From Actinomycetota bacterium (GTDB lineage: Bacteria > Actinomycetota > Acidimicrobiia > Spongiisociales > UBA5794), in assembly GCA_039714175.1 (NCBI GenBank), contig JBDLJV010000001.1, forward strand, positions 1-40,104: a stretch of DNA of 40,104 bases, written 5' to 3'. Under the pieces are notes generated by a model that was not told where the DNA came from, ran no database searches, and was given only the letters and a program-made list of their open reading frames with translations. Of this stretch, positions 24,972 through 33,580 are shown one piece after another (the stretch's first letter is position 1; every line of letters begins with the position of its first letter). A program made the position numbers and the translations under genes.

Positions 24972-26146
24972 CAGGCCTCCTTCTCGAACACGAGACAAAC
25001 AACGTTGTTACCGAAGCCGCCGAAGTTGCAAGTGAATCCAACCTCTGCGTCCTCGACCTGGCGAGCTTCGCCGTCTCCACGCAGCTGGGTCACGATCTCC
25101 CATGCCTGCGCGATACCGGTCGCTCCGACCGGGTGACCGCGGCCCTTGAGACCTCCACCGACATTGATGGGGATCTTGCCACCGAGCGCTGTCTCGCCCT
25201 TCTCGAGAGCGATGTGTCCTTCGCCCTTGGGGAAGAACCCGACCTCTTCGCTCTCGACGATCTCGAGGATCGTGAACGCATCGTGGAGCTCGGCAACGTC
25301 GACGTCTTCTGGCGTCTTGCCCGCCATTGCGAACGCATCGGCTGCAGCCTTGCGAACCGCGAGAAGATCCGTCGGTTCCTCGCGTTCATGAACGGTATGG
25401 GTGTCAGTTGCCTGACCAACGCCGCTCAACTTGATCATCGGTCCACCGAGCTCCTTCGCCTTCTCTTCAGAAACGAGAATGATGGCTGCGCCACCGTCGG
25501 AGACCGGACAAGCATCGAAGAACCGCAGTGGCTCTGCGACGTACGGGTTGTTGGTCATCGCCTCAGGGGAATCAAGGATGCCCTCGAGGGATATCTCTTG
25601 CTGGAGATGTGCCCATTCGTTGTTGAGCGCAGCGTTCTGGTTCTTGACTCCAACCATCGCAAGGTGACGCTCGGTAACCCCGTACTTGTCCATGTAGAGA
25701 CGGGTGAACATCGCAGCGTGCGCCGGAAGTGTCACTCCGTAGATGTACTCGGCGATCGGATGGGTCAGCGTCGCGACGAAATCGGTCGCTTCGAGGCCGT
25801 TGACCTCGCGCATCCGCTCCACACCGGCCACAAGAACGACATCGTCCATTCCGGAAGCAACGGCCTGGTACCCAGCCTTGATCGCAGAGCCGCCAGAAGC
25901 CGGTCCATTCTCGATGGCCGCGGCACCAGCGGGAGTGAGGCTCAGGCTGTCCGCGACGGCACTCGCGAGTGCCGTCTGGTGATTGACCCTGGGGCTTCCC
26001 ATGTTGGCCACATAGACCTGGTCAACCTCTGTAATCCCTGCATCCTTGAGCGCCATCATTGACGCATAGGACGCGATCTCGGACAGCGCGAATTCCAACC
26101 GGGTGAAGGTCGTGATGCCAATACCGGCTACGTAGACGTCACGCAT
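24971..26146 (-). CDS. Thiolase-fold protein (SCP-x/archaeal type) apparently lacking the nucleophilic Cys
   Basis: 391 aa from MRDVYVAGIG. C-terminal thiolase motifs are present (ELHDAFT, GRGHPVGATG, CNFGGFG). The expected [E]xxCASGG nucleophile site reads ENGPASGG, and there is no Cys in the first ~230 aa. Confidence 0.8.
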   Translation of the reverse strand: MRDVYVAGIGITTFTRLEFALSEIASYASMMALKDAGITEVDQVYVANMGSPRVNHQTALASAVADSLSLTPAGAAAIENGPASGGSAIKAGYQAVASGMDDVVLVAGVERMREVNGLEATDFVATLTHPIAEYIYGVTLPAHAAMFTRLYMDKYGVTERHLAMVGVKNQNAALNNEWAHLQQEISLEGILDSPEAMTNNPYVAEPLRFFDACPVSDGGAAIILVSEEKAKELGGPMIKLSGVGQATDTHTVHEREEPTDLLAVRKAAADAFAMAGKTPEDVDVAELHDAFTILEIVESEEVGFFPKGEGHIALEKGETALGGKIPINVGGGLKGRGHPVGATGIAQAWEIVTQLRGDGEARQVEDAEVGFTCNFGGFGNNVVCLVFEKEA

Positions 26147-26897
26147 CCTGCAACCCCTCCTCCATCGCCCAACGCTGCACCATGAGAGCGGATGCGGTCG
26201 GGTCATACTGCGAGCGGGTCGCGGATAGCGGGTCAAGGGCAGGCGTCGGCGGATCCGACGGCGGAAGGATCGCTTCCATGGCCTTGTCGAGAATCTCCGG
26301 TGGAACCGGTCTCCGACCAACGACGAGGCTGGACCTCGCGGCGTCGAACAGCTCACGAGTCAACGCCCATGAGGGGACACCGCCGAGCTCGTGGGGAATC
26401 TCGAATCGCTTCTCGAGTTTGTACTCGATCATCCACCGGCGGAATCCGATCGGTGACTCGGCGACAATCAGGACCTCGTCATGACCGAGCACATCGAAGT
26501 GGTACTCCATCTTCGCCGCGAAGGCATGAGCGCCGATGCGCAGGCCGCGGCGCAGGGCCAGGGTGTGCAACGACAAGCCCAGGTTCGGAGTCACCTGGCG
26601 ACCATTGACAATGGCTGCCAGCTCTCCATCGACCTGCACGGCAAGGACGTACTGGTCCTGGAAACGGTACTGATAGTGAGACAGCAGCTCCGCGTAGACA
26701 CGCGATGCGACGACGTCGTAGTAGTCACGCTCCACGTGTAGCAGCGGCTCGACGTGCTTCAGCAGATCCGGGATCTCATCCCGGTCGACGGCACGAACCA
26801 CGGCTGCCTCACCGCTGGCGAGCAGCATGTACTTCGGTTCGTACGGCGCCATCTCCGAATCGATGGGCCGAAGAATCTTTTCTAGATCAACGGACAT
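26139..26897 (-). CDS. Hypothetical protein, operon-embedded (weak GNAT-like segment)
   Basis: 252 aa with coding-like composition. Starts 2 nt after the CoxL-like stop and has an 8-nt overlap with the thiolase-like start. Only a weak LRRGLRIGAHAF motif-A-like stretch; no family recognised. Confidence 0.65.
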   Translation of the reverse strand: MSVDLEKILRPIDSEMAPYEPKYMLLASGEAAVVRAVDRDEIPDLLKHVEPLLHVERDYYDVVASRVYAELLSHYQYRFQDQYVLAVQVDGELAAIVNGRQVTPNLGLSLHTLALRRGLRIGAHAFAAKMEYHFDVLGHDEVLIVAESPIGFRRWMIEYKLEKRFEIPHELGGVPSWALTRELFDAARSSLVVGRRPVPPEILDKAMEAILPPSDPPTPALDPLSATRSQYDPTASALMVQRWAMEEGLQDA

Positions 26898-26899
26898 TC

Positions 26900-29296
26900 T
26901 CAGTTCGCTCCTTCTGTTGTCTTGGATTTCTCAAGGATCGCCATCGCGACCTTCTCCTGTGTGATCGGCATCGACTTGATGCGGACCCCTAGTGCGTTGT
27001 AAACGGCGTTGGCAATCACCGGTGCAGCTCCGATCATCGTGTGCTCACCCACGCCCCTGGCTCCGAACGGGCCATCGGGCTGTGGCACCTCGACGATGAT
27101 CGGGATGATCTCGTCGGGGATGTCGAAGGCCGTCGGGATCTTGTAGTCGGTGAACGTCGGGTTCATCATCTTCCCGTTCTCGTCGAAGCGCATGTCTTCG
27201 TACAGAACGGTTGCAAGACCCTGGACGAGGCCGCCGGTGATCTGACCGTTCACGAGGTCCGGGTTGATGGCCCGGCCGGCGTCGACGGCCAGCGCTGCCT
27301 TGCGCACCCAGATACGACCTGTGTCCGTGTCGATCTCAAGAACAACACCAGTTGCCCCAACCGTGTAATGCACGTTGGGATGGCCTCCCTGGCCGGTCTC
27401 CGGATCGCTGATCGCGTTCGTGAACTCGGGCATGAACTTGCCGCTGGCAATGATTGGCCCACCGCGCCAGGTTCCTTCCTCGGTCTGGATGCCGTCGATG
27501 ACGAATTCACGCAACGGCTTCGAGAAACTGGCATCGGTTCGACACTTGACTGCTTCGTCCTCGAGGTACAACGAATCATCCTCGAAGCCGTACACCTCGT
27601 GAATGACGTCGAAGATCTTGCCTCTCGCCTCGATGGCTGCCTTCTCGACCGCCAGTCCCGAACTCCATGTGACGTGGCTGGCAACGGTCTGCCATTCGTA
27701 GGGGTTCCGGTCGGTGTCCGGTGTCTCCACCCGGATCTTGTTCACGGGGACGGTGAGGATCTCGCTCGCGATCTGCGCCATGACGGTGAGGTATCCCTGA
27801 CCGAGCTCCATGCCGGACACGGTGATGTTGATGCTGCCGTCCTCGTTGAACTTGAGGAACGAGGCCGATGAGGCGTTCGGCGGCATCGCCGGCGCCTTCC
27901 AGAACAGGGCAAGACCCTTGCCGATCACGGTGTTCGGGTTGTCGGAGGTTTCCTCGACACCCCAGTCGATGGCCGCAGCGGTCTTGTCGATCGCCTCGAT
28001 CATGCCGGACGGATTCATGTGAGCTCCATAGGCGAGCTCGTCACCCTCAACGATCGCGTTCTTGCGTCGGAAATCGACCGGGTCCATCCCGATTGCCTCG
28101 GCGATTCGATCCATGTGTGACTCAAGCCCGAAATGGAATTCGGAGTACCCGAAGCCACGGTACGGACCACCCGGGGGGAGATTCGTGTAGATGCACAGCG
28201 AGTCATTGGTGATGTTGGGCACACGGTACGGGCCGGTGGCCGACAGGCCAGCGGCGTTGACGACGTTGGCGCCGTACTCGACATATGCCCCGGCATCCCA
28301 GTAGAGCTTGTGCTCAACGGCCGTTAGTGTGCCGTCGTTCATGACACCGACCTTGAGCTCGGCGACGACGCCCTGGCGCTGATAGGTGTTGTAGAACTCC
28401 TGCTCCCTGGTCCAGCGCAGCTTGACCGGCCGGCCCTTCACGAGCGTCGCCATGGCAGCACCGAGGATCTCCATGGAGACACCGGCTTTCCCGCCGAATC
28501 CACCGCCGACGTACGGCGTGATCACGCGAACGTCCTTGTGGGTGAAGCCCAGAGGTGCGAGCGCTTCGGCAAACAGGTGGCGCTGCGTATGCGGTGATTG
28601 GGATGCAGTCCAGACCGTGAGCCGATCTGACTGATCGAGTCGGCTGACCGTCACGTGCGGTTCGATGGCGCAGTGCGCGTAGCGCGGCACGTGGTAGGTG
28701 TCTTCGAGCACGTAGTCGGCCTCGGCGAAGGCCTTCTCAGTGTCGCCCTTCCGGATCTTCCTCCAGTGGGCGATGTTCGTGTCGTCCTGTGGGAAGAACC
28801 AGGGGACATGGACATACTCATCGAGGTCGGGATGGACCAGTTCGGCACCGTCGGCGACTGCACTCCTCGGGTCGAGAAGCGGCTCCAGGACCTCGTACTC
28901 GACCTCAATGAGCTTGGCTGCGTGCACAGCGTCGCGATGGCTCCTCGCGATGACACCAGCCACTTGCTCGCCCACGAAACGGACGTGGTTCTGAGCGAAG
29001 ATGTAGCGATCCTCCATGTACATGCCGAACTTGTATGGGAAGTCCGCGCCGGTGGCAACCCGCACAACGCCCGCTGCCGCCTCGGCCTTGGACGTGTCGA
29101 TGGAGACGATCTTCGCGTAGGCGTGAGGGCTCTCGACGATGGCAGCGTGCAGCAACCCGGGCCCAAAATCGATATCGTCGACGAATTGCGCGGCACCGCT
29201 GATCTTGTCGAGACCGTCGATCCTGACGGCCGGCTTGCCGACTGTCTTGAGATCGTCGGTGCTCTTTTCGACCTCGAAGGGATACTCGGTCGTCAT
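26900..29296 (-). CDS. XDH/aldehyde-oxidase-family molybdopterin-binding large subunit (CoxL-like); candidate uracil/thymine dehydrogenase
   Basis: 798 aa from MTTEYPF. VGGGFGGK motif and GVGE catalytic-Glu context (ARGVGEHTMIGAAPVIANAVYNALG). ATGA overlap with the FeS subunit gene. The substrate assignment is inference from context. Confidence 0.88.
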   Translation of the reverse strand: MTTEYPFEVEKSTDDLKTVGKPAVRIDGLDKISGAAQFVDDIDFGPGLLHAAIVESPHAYAKIVSIDTSKAEAAAGVVRVATGADFPYKFGMYMEDRYIFAQNHVRFVGEQVAGVIARSHRDAVHAAKLIEVEYEVLEPLLDPRSAVADGAELVHPDLDEYVHVPWFFPQDDTNIAHWRKIRKGDTEKAFAEADYVLEDTYHVPRYAHCAIEPHVTVSRLDQSDRLTVWTASQSPHTQRHLFAEALAPLGFTHKDVRVITPYVGGGFGGKAGVSMEILGAAMATLVKGRPVKLRWTREQEFYNTYQRQGVVAELKVGVMNDGTLTAVEHKLYWDAGAYVEYGANVVNAAGLSATGPYRVPNITNDSLCIYTNLPPGGPYRGFGYSEFHFGLESHMDRIAEAIGMDPVDFRRKNAIVEGDELAYGAHMNPSGMIEAIDKTAAAIDWGVEETSDNPNTVIGKGLALFWKAPAMPPNASSASFLKFNEDGSINITVSGMELGQGYLTVMAQIASEILTVPVNKIRVETPDTDRNPYEWQTVASHVTWSSGLAVEKAAIEARGKIFDVIHEVYGFEDDSLYLEDEAVKCRTDASFSKPLREFVIDGIQTEEGTWRGGPIIASGKFMPEFTNAISDPETGQGGHPNVHYTVGATGVVLEIDTDTGRIWVRKAALAVDAGRAINPDLVNGQITGGLVQGLATVLYEDMRFDENGKMMNPTFTDYKIPTAFDIPDEIIPIIVEVPQPDGPFGARGVGEHTMIGAAPVIANAVYNALGVRIKSMPITQEKVAMAILEKSKTTEGAN

Positions 29297-29760
29297 TCGG
29301 AACCCTCCTTGCCAGCCGCAAGCACGGCATCGATGATCGGCTCGTACCCGGTGCAGCGGCAGAGATTGCCTGCAAGCGCTTCCTGTACGTCGTGGCGAGT
29401 CGGATCGGGGTTGTTCTCCAGCAACTCGGTGGCAGACAGGACGATGCCCGGGGCACAGAACCCGCATTGGAACGAGTTGTTCTCGATGAACAGGTTCTGG
29501 AGTTCGCTGAGGCCCTCGTAGCTGATGCCTTCCACCGTGGTCACCTCGCGACCATCAGCTTCCACGGCGAGCACGAGACAACTGCGCACGGAGCGGCCGT
29601 CGAGGACGACAGTGCACGAACCACAGTCGCCACGCTCGCACCCGATCTTCGGACTCTTCGTTCCGATCCGCTCCCTGAGCACGTCGAGCAACGTGTCCGC
29701 CGGGGCAACGTCGAGGCCCCAGTCTTCACCATTGACTTTGATGTTGAGATTCATCGTCAT
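29293..29760 (-). CDS. (2Fe-2S)-binding small subunit of XDH-family dehydrogenase (CoxS-like)
   Basis: About 155 aa. Plant-type cluster CERGDCGSCTV and a second cluster QCGFCAPG...CRCTGY. Start is 29760 or 29754. Confidence 0.9.
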   Translation of the reverse strand: MTMNLNIKVNGEDWGLDVAPADTLLDVLRERIGTKSPKIGCERGDCGSCTVVLDGRSVRSCLVLAVEADGREVTTVEGISYEGLSELQNLFIENNSFQCGFCAPGIVLSATELLENNPDPTRHDVQEALAGNLCRCTGYEPIIDAVLAAGKEGSE

Positions 29761-29764
29761 CCTC

Positions 29765-30649
29765 TCAGACAAGCCGTGTGCCGTAGTCGGGACCCTTGCC
29801 GGCAAGTCTCTCGGTCGCTGCTACCAATCCGCGCCCCAGCATCACTTCGGTCATGTGGTTGCGATACTCCGCTGACGCTCGCATATCGGTGATCGGACTG
29901 ATCTCGTCACGGACCATCGCTACAGCCTCGGCGATGAGGTCACCGTCGAGCGACTTGCCTCGGAGAGTGTCCTCGATGCGAGCGGAACGGATCGGTGTGG
30001 GGGCGACGGCACCGAAAGCAATGCGGTACTCGTTGTCCGGGTAGGCAAGTATGCCCACCGAAGCCTGGGCCAGGTCTTCGCCTCCGTAGCGCATGAGCTT
30101 GACATAGACCCCGCCGTGTGAGCCGAGGTCGATGGTGAGATGCGAAACGATCTCGTCCTCCGACAAAGCGGTCTCGCGCAGGCCCACGAACCAGTCCTTG
30201 ATATCGACGCTGCGGGCACCGTCGGGTCCGATGAGATGCACCACTGTGTCATAGACGAGCAGCACAGGTCCGGCATCACATGAAGGGACTGCCGAGCAGA
30301 TGTTGCCGACCACAGTTGCCCGGTTCCTGATTCCACCGGAGGCCACAGTGTCGGCCATCTCTGCCAGAAGCGGGGCATGTTCGTTGACGATCTCGGATTC
30401 GATGATGTCGGTGAACGTCACCAGTGAACCGATGTGAAGGGTGTCACCATCCATCGTGAGATCGTTGAGCCCCGGCACATTCTTGATATCGACAACAAGA
30501 TCCGGGGCGATGGCATCGTCGCGCATCCACGCCACGAGATCGGTGCCACCAGCAAGGATCTGCGCGGAACCGGTGTGGTCCGAGAGGATCCCGATGGCCT
30601 CCTCCAGCGTGTCGGGACGCTGATACTCGAAGTTACGGGCGATCACCAT
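29765..30649 (-). CDS. FAD-binding medium subunit of XDH-family dehydrogenase (CoxM-like)
   Basis: 294 aa. N-terminal FEYQRP...ILAGGTDL FAD-binding PCMH motif. SD GGAGG upstream. Confidence 0.9.
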   Translation of the reverse strand: MVIARNFEYQRPDTLEEAIGILSDHTGSAQILAGGTDLVAWMRDDAIAPDLVVDIKNVPGLNDLTMDGDTLHIGSLVTFTDIIESEIVNEHAPLLAEMADTVASGGIRNRATVVGNICSAVPSCDAGPVLLVYDTVVHLIGPDGARSVDIKDWFVGLRETALSEDEIVSHLTIDLGSHGGVYVKLMRYGGEDLAQASVGILAYPDNEYRIAFGAVAPTPIRSARIEDTLRGKSLDGDLIAEAVAMVRDEISPITDMRASAEYRNHMTEVMLGRGLVAATERLAGKGPDYGTRLV

Positions 30650-30746
30650 CGCAGACCTCCTCTGCCCCCTGAAATCGAAACCTTGATTCTCGCACTTCGT
30701 CCGTCAATGGTTCGCTGCCCGAGACAACCGTGCGTGCGCCACCAAT

Positions 30747-32153
30747 TCATTGCAGCGTCTCCGCCAGCGCATTGACTCCATCCACGAAACACTCCATGGG
30801 TGCCTCGACCAGACCCGCGCCGACCATGCCGGTGCCCGGGACCTTGCCGGCAACACCGGTGTTGATCTGCGGCCGAACGCCGGCCCGCACGACCCTTGTG
30901 GCATCGATACCAACCGGTGTCCCACGGAACTCGAGCATCGGGATCTGATAGGCCGGGTGCTCGGCCATCGTGATCTCGTACATTGCGAGCGTCCTGGTCA
31001 CGGCTCCAGCGGCCGTTCCACCGACGAACCCCACAATTGCGGGTGCTGCAGCCATTGCGAGGCCTCCAAGACCAACCGTCTCGGTGATCGTCGAGTCTCC
31101 TATGTCCGGACTGGCGTCATCTTCGGTGAAGGATCCGAGGTAGAGACCGTCAACCGGCGGGGCAGGGGCGATGAACCAGCGATCCCCCGTTCCGGAGAGC
31201 CGGACTCCGAAGTCGGTACCGTTGCGGGCCATCACCGTGACGAGGCTCGACCCGGCCACTCCGGACGCGGCATCGGATCCAAGCTTGCCAGAGGCCATGA
31301 CAAGGTTGAGCATGAAGTGGTCGTTGCCATCGATGAAGTCGTACACGGCCCGGCGTTGGCCGAGCGGTGCGTCGGCTCCATCGATGAGTGCTCCGCTGAT
31401 CTCGCGAAGGAAGAGCGATGTCACCGCTCGGTTTCGGTTGTGTCCGTCATCGCCCATCTGAAGCGCCTGGGCGATCAACGACTGGAGATCTATCGGTCCG
31501 GTGCTCTTGAGGGTGGCTGCGAGCACCGGACCGAGAACCTCATCCATCCAATGGAGCCGATCGATAGCTTCGGGAGCGAAGGCGCCATATCGAAGCACCT
31601 TCCCGAGTCCTTCGTTCAATGTTGAGTAGGACACGCCGTCTCCGGCGGCGTCCTTGACGACCGCAATCGGCATCGACGGCGATGTCACCCCAGCCATCGG
31701 GCCGACGGCGCCGTGATGGTGGCAAGGGGATAGGTCGATGAGGCCGTCTGCGGCCTTCGCCGCGGCGTCGTCGGGATCATCTGCAAGTCCCTCGTAGAGC
31801 ATCGCCCCGATGATCGCTCCCCTCATCGGGCCGCTTGCCCGTTCCCACGTCAATGGCGGACCGGCGTGGAGGAAGGTCCGCTCCGTCATTGAGGGGAACA
31901 CGTCACGGGCCACGCTGACATCAACGAGCTGTGGCCGCACGGCCAGCATGCGCTTGATCGCGACCTCGTTCGCATCCCGCATTCGGTCATCTGCGAACAA
32001 GATTGCGAGAGCGTCTTCGCTTCCGGCGGCTGGTGGACGCCAGTCGGCTCGCTCGACAGCGGAGCCCTGTTGCTCGATCGACGTGGCAAGCATGTCGGTA
32101 CCTGCGGTCGCGACCACCGGTTCCGTGTCGAGCAGTTGTCCGAGATCGCTCAT
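30747..32153 (-). CDS. DUF1116 protein (YlbE/AllG-like)
   Basis: 468 aa from MSDLGQ. ATGA overlap with the FdrA-like stop. SPCHHHGAVGPMAG segment and its position next to FdrA and DUF2877 match the ylbE family. Confidence 0.75.
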   Translation of the reverse strand: MSDLGQLLDTEPVVATAGTDMLATSIEQQGSAVERADWRPPAAGSEDALAILFADDRMRDANEVAIKRMLAVRPQLVDVSVARDVFPSMTERTFLHAGPPLTWERASGPMRGAIIGAMLYEGLADDPDDAAAKAADGLIDLSPCHHHGAVGPMAGVTSPSMPIAVVKDAAGDGVSYSTLNEGLGKVLRYGAFAPEAIDRLHWMDEVLGPVLAATLKSTGPIDLQSLIAQALQMGDDGHNRNRAVTSLFLREISGALIDGADAPLGQRRAVYDFIDGNDHFMLNLVMASGKLGSDAASGVAGSSLVTVMARNGTDFGVRLSGTGDRWFIAPAPPVDGLYLGSFTEDDASPDIGDSTITETVGLGGLAMAAAPAIVGFVGGTAAGAVTRTLAMYEITMAEHPAYQIPMLEFRGTPVGIDATRVVRAGVRPQINTGVAGKVPGTGMVGAGLVEAPMECFVDGVNALAETLQ

Positions 32154-33580
32154 GATGAAGTCCTTGTCGTTGCCAGGCGTGCTGCGTACAAGGCAGCCTC
32201 CGCGTTGGACAGGTGCACAGATGCACCAGCGTCGTTGAGGGCCTTTGCCTGGGTGTCGCGTCCCTGCGGATCTCCGCTCGTCCCACACAGTGAAACGACG
32301 ACGGCCACTCCGGAGTCGACAACGCGCTCGACGATGGGGGCGAGTTCGGCAGCCGGATTGGCATTGGCGCCATAGCCGAGGACAACGTCCATGAGGACCA
32401 CGCCGACCGATTCGTCGTGGGCGACGGCTGCGAGTCGCTCGACCCGCACGGTCTGGTCGATCATCGGATGGGCTCTTCCCTGCGTGTATTCATCATCGCC
32501 GTAGTCGATGAAGGTGTGTCCCTCGTCTTCCTCGCGGGTTCCGATCTCGCCGAGCTGCGGACCAGCCACATGACGCGCTTCGGAACGCAGCGTGCCGCCG
32601 GAGAACAGTCCACGGACGAATCCGGAACGGTGCTCCTGTTGGGGGGCTTCCCATGAACCGTACGTCGGCCTGGCCTGACCGAGAGCATCCAGCACCTCGC
32701 CTGCGCCTTCCTCGAGCGTGGTCTCCCCCATGAATGTGATCACGACAGGTGTGGCGCACTCTGCGGCGACGCGGCGCACCTGGTCTGCAACCGGTGCGGC
32801 CGGAGGCTTCGAGATGACAACAATCAGCTCGGTTCCCGGATCAGCGTCGAGCGCTTCGAGTGCTTGGAGCGTCGAGATGGCCCCAACGTCTTCGGAGAGA
32901 TCATGGCTTCCCGTGCCGAGCGCATGTCGAACACCAACGCCGGCGTCATCGAGCAACGCGCACATCTCCTGTATGCCGGTACCTGATGCGCCCACCATGC
33001 TCACCGGACCTGGCTGCACTGCATTGGCAAATCCGAGACCGATGCCGCTCACGATCGTCGTGCCGCAATCGGGGCCCATCACGAGGAGATTGTGTTGCGC
33101 GCCGTATCGCTTGAGTGCGACTTCCTGGGAAATGGGGACGTTGTCGCTGAAGATCATCACATGGAGACCATCCTGGAGTGCCTCCATGGCTTCGACATAG
33201 GCGTGCTCCCCGGGAACCGACAGCAGAGCGACGTTGGCGCCGTTGATCTCGGCTGCAGTGCCCACAGTCTTCGCATCGGGTGCGTTCATCCCGCCCGAGC
33301 GGACCATCTTCGGGGTGAGCGCTTCTTCGAGAACCGCATGCGCATGAGCGATTGCCTCTTCGTTCTCGGCATGGACAGCGAGCAGCAGGTCGTTGGGTCC
33401 AACGCCGACGACAGAATCCATGTCGAAGTCCATGTCGGCAAGCAGGCTGAGATTGAGCTCAGTGGCCATCGCCACCAGAGCGTCGGTGACGCCTTCAACA
33501 CCTTGGAGTGCCTTGCTTGCTTGCATCAGCCGAACCGAATCGTGATAGCGGCCGGGGTGTACCTCAACTCGCGAGATCAT
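32150..33580 (-). CDS. FdrA-family protein (AllF-like; succinyl-CoA-synthetase-alpha/CoA-ligase fold)
   Basis: 476 aa. N-terminus MISRVEVHPGRYHDSVRLMQASK parallels the E. coli FdrA N-terminus. Rossmann/CoA-binding-like repeats. ATGA overlap with the DUF2877 stop. Confidence 0.8.
   Translation of the reverse strand: MISRVEVHPGRYHDSVRLMQASKALQGVEGVTDALVAMATELNLSLLADMDFDMDSVVGVGPNDLLLAVHAENEEAIAHAHAVLEEALTPKMVRSGGMNAPDAKTVGTAAEINGANVALLSVPGEHAYVEAMEALQDGLHVMIFSDNVPISQEVALKRYGAQHNLLVMGPDCGTTIVSGIGLGFANAVQPGPVSMVGASGTGIQEMCALLDDAGVGVRHALGTGSHDLSEDVGAISTLQALEALDADPGTELIVVISKPPAAPVADQVRRVAAECATPVVITFMGETTLEEGAGEVLDALGQARPTYGSWEAPQQEHRSGFVRGLFSGGTLRSEARHVAGPQLGEIGTREEDEGHTFIDYGDDEYTQGRAHPMIDQTVRVERLAAVAHDESVGVVLMDVVLGYGANANPAAELAPIVERVVDSGVAVVVSLCGTSGDPQGRDTQAKALNDAGASVHLSNAEAALYAARLATTRTSS

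Noticed and set aside
24821-26062. 413-aa plus-strand ORF antisense to the thiolase-like and DUF35 genes
   Set aside because: Shadow ORF. The opposite strand carries recognisable thiolase and DUF35 motifs with start/stop coupling.
27041-29521. Plus-strand ORFs (27041-27871, 28655-29521 and others) antisense to the CoxL-like gene
   Set aside because: They have no recognisable domains. The minus-strand frame encodes a full-length Mo-subunit with canonical motifs.
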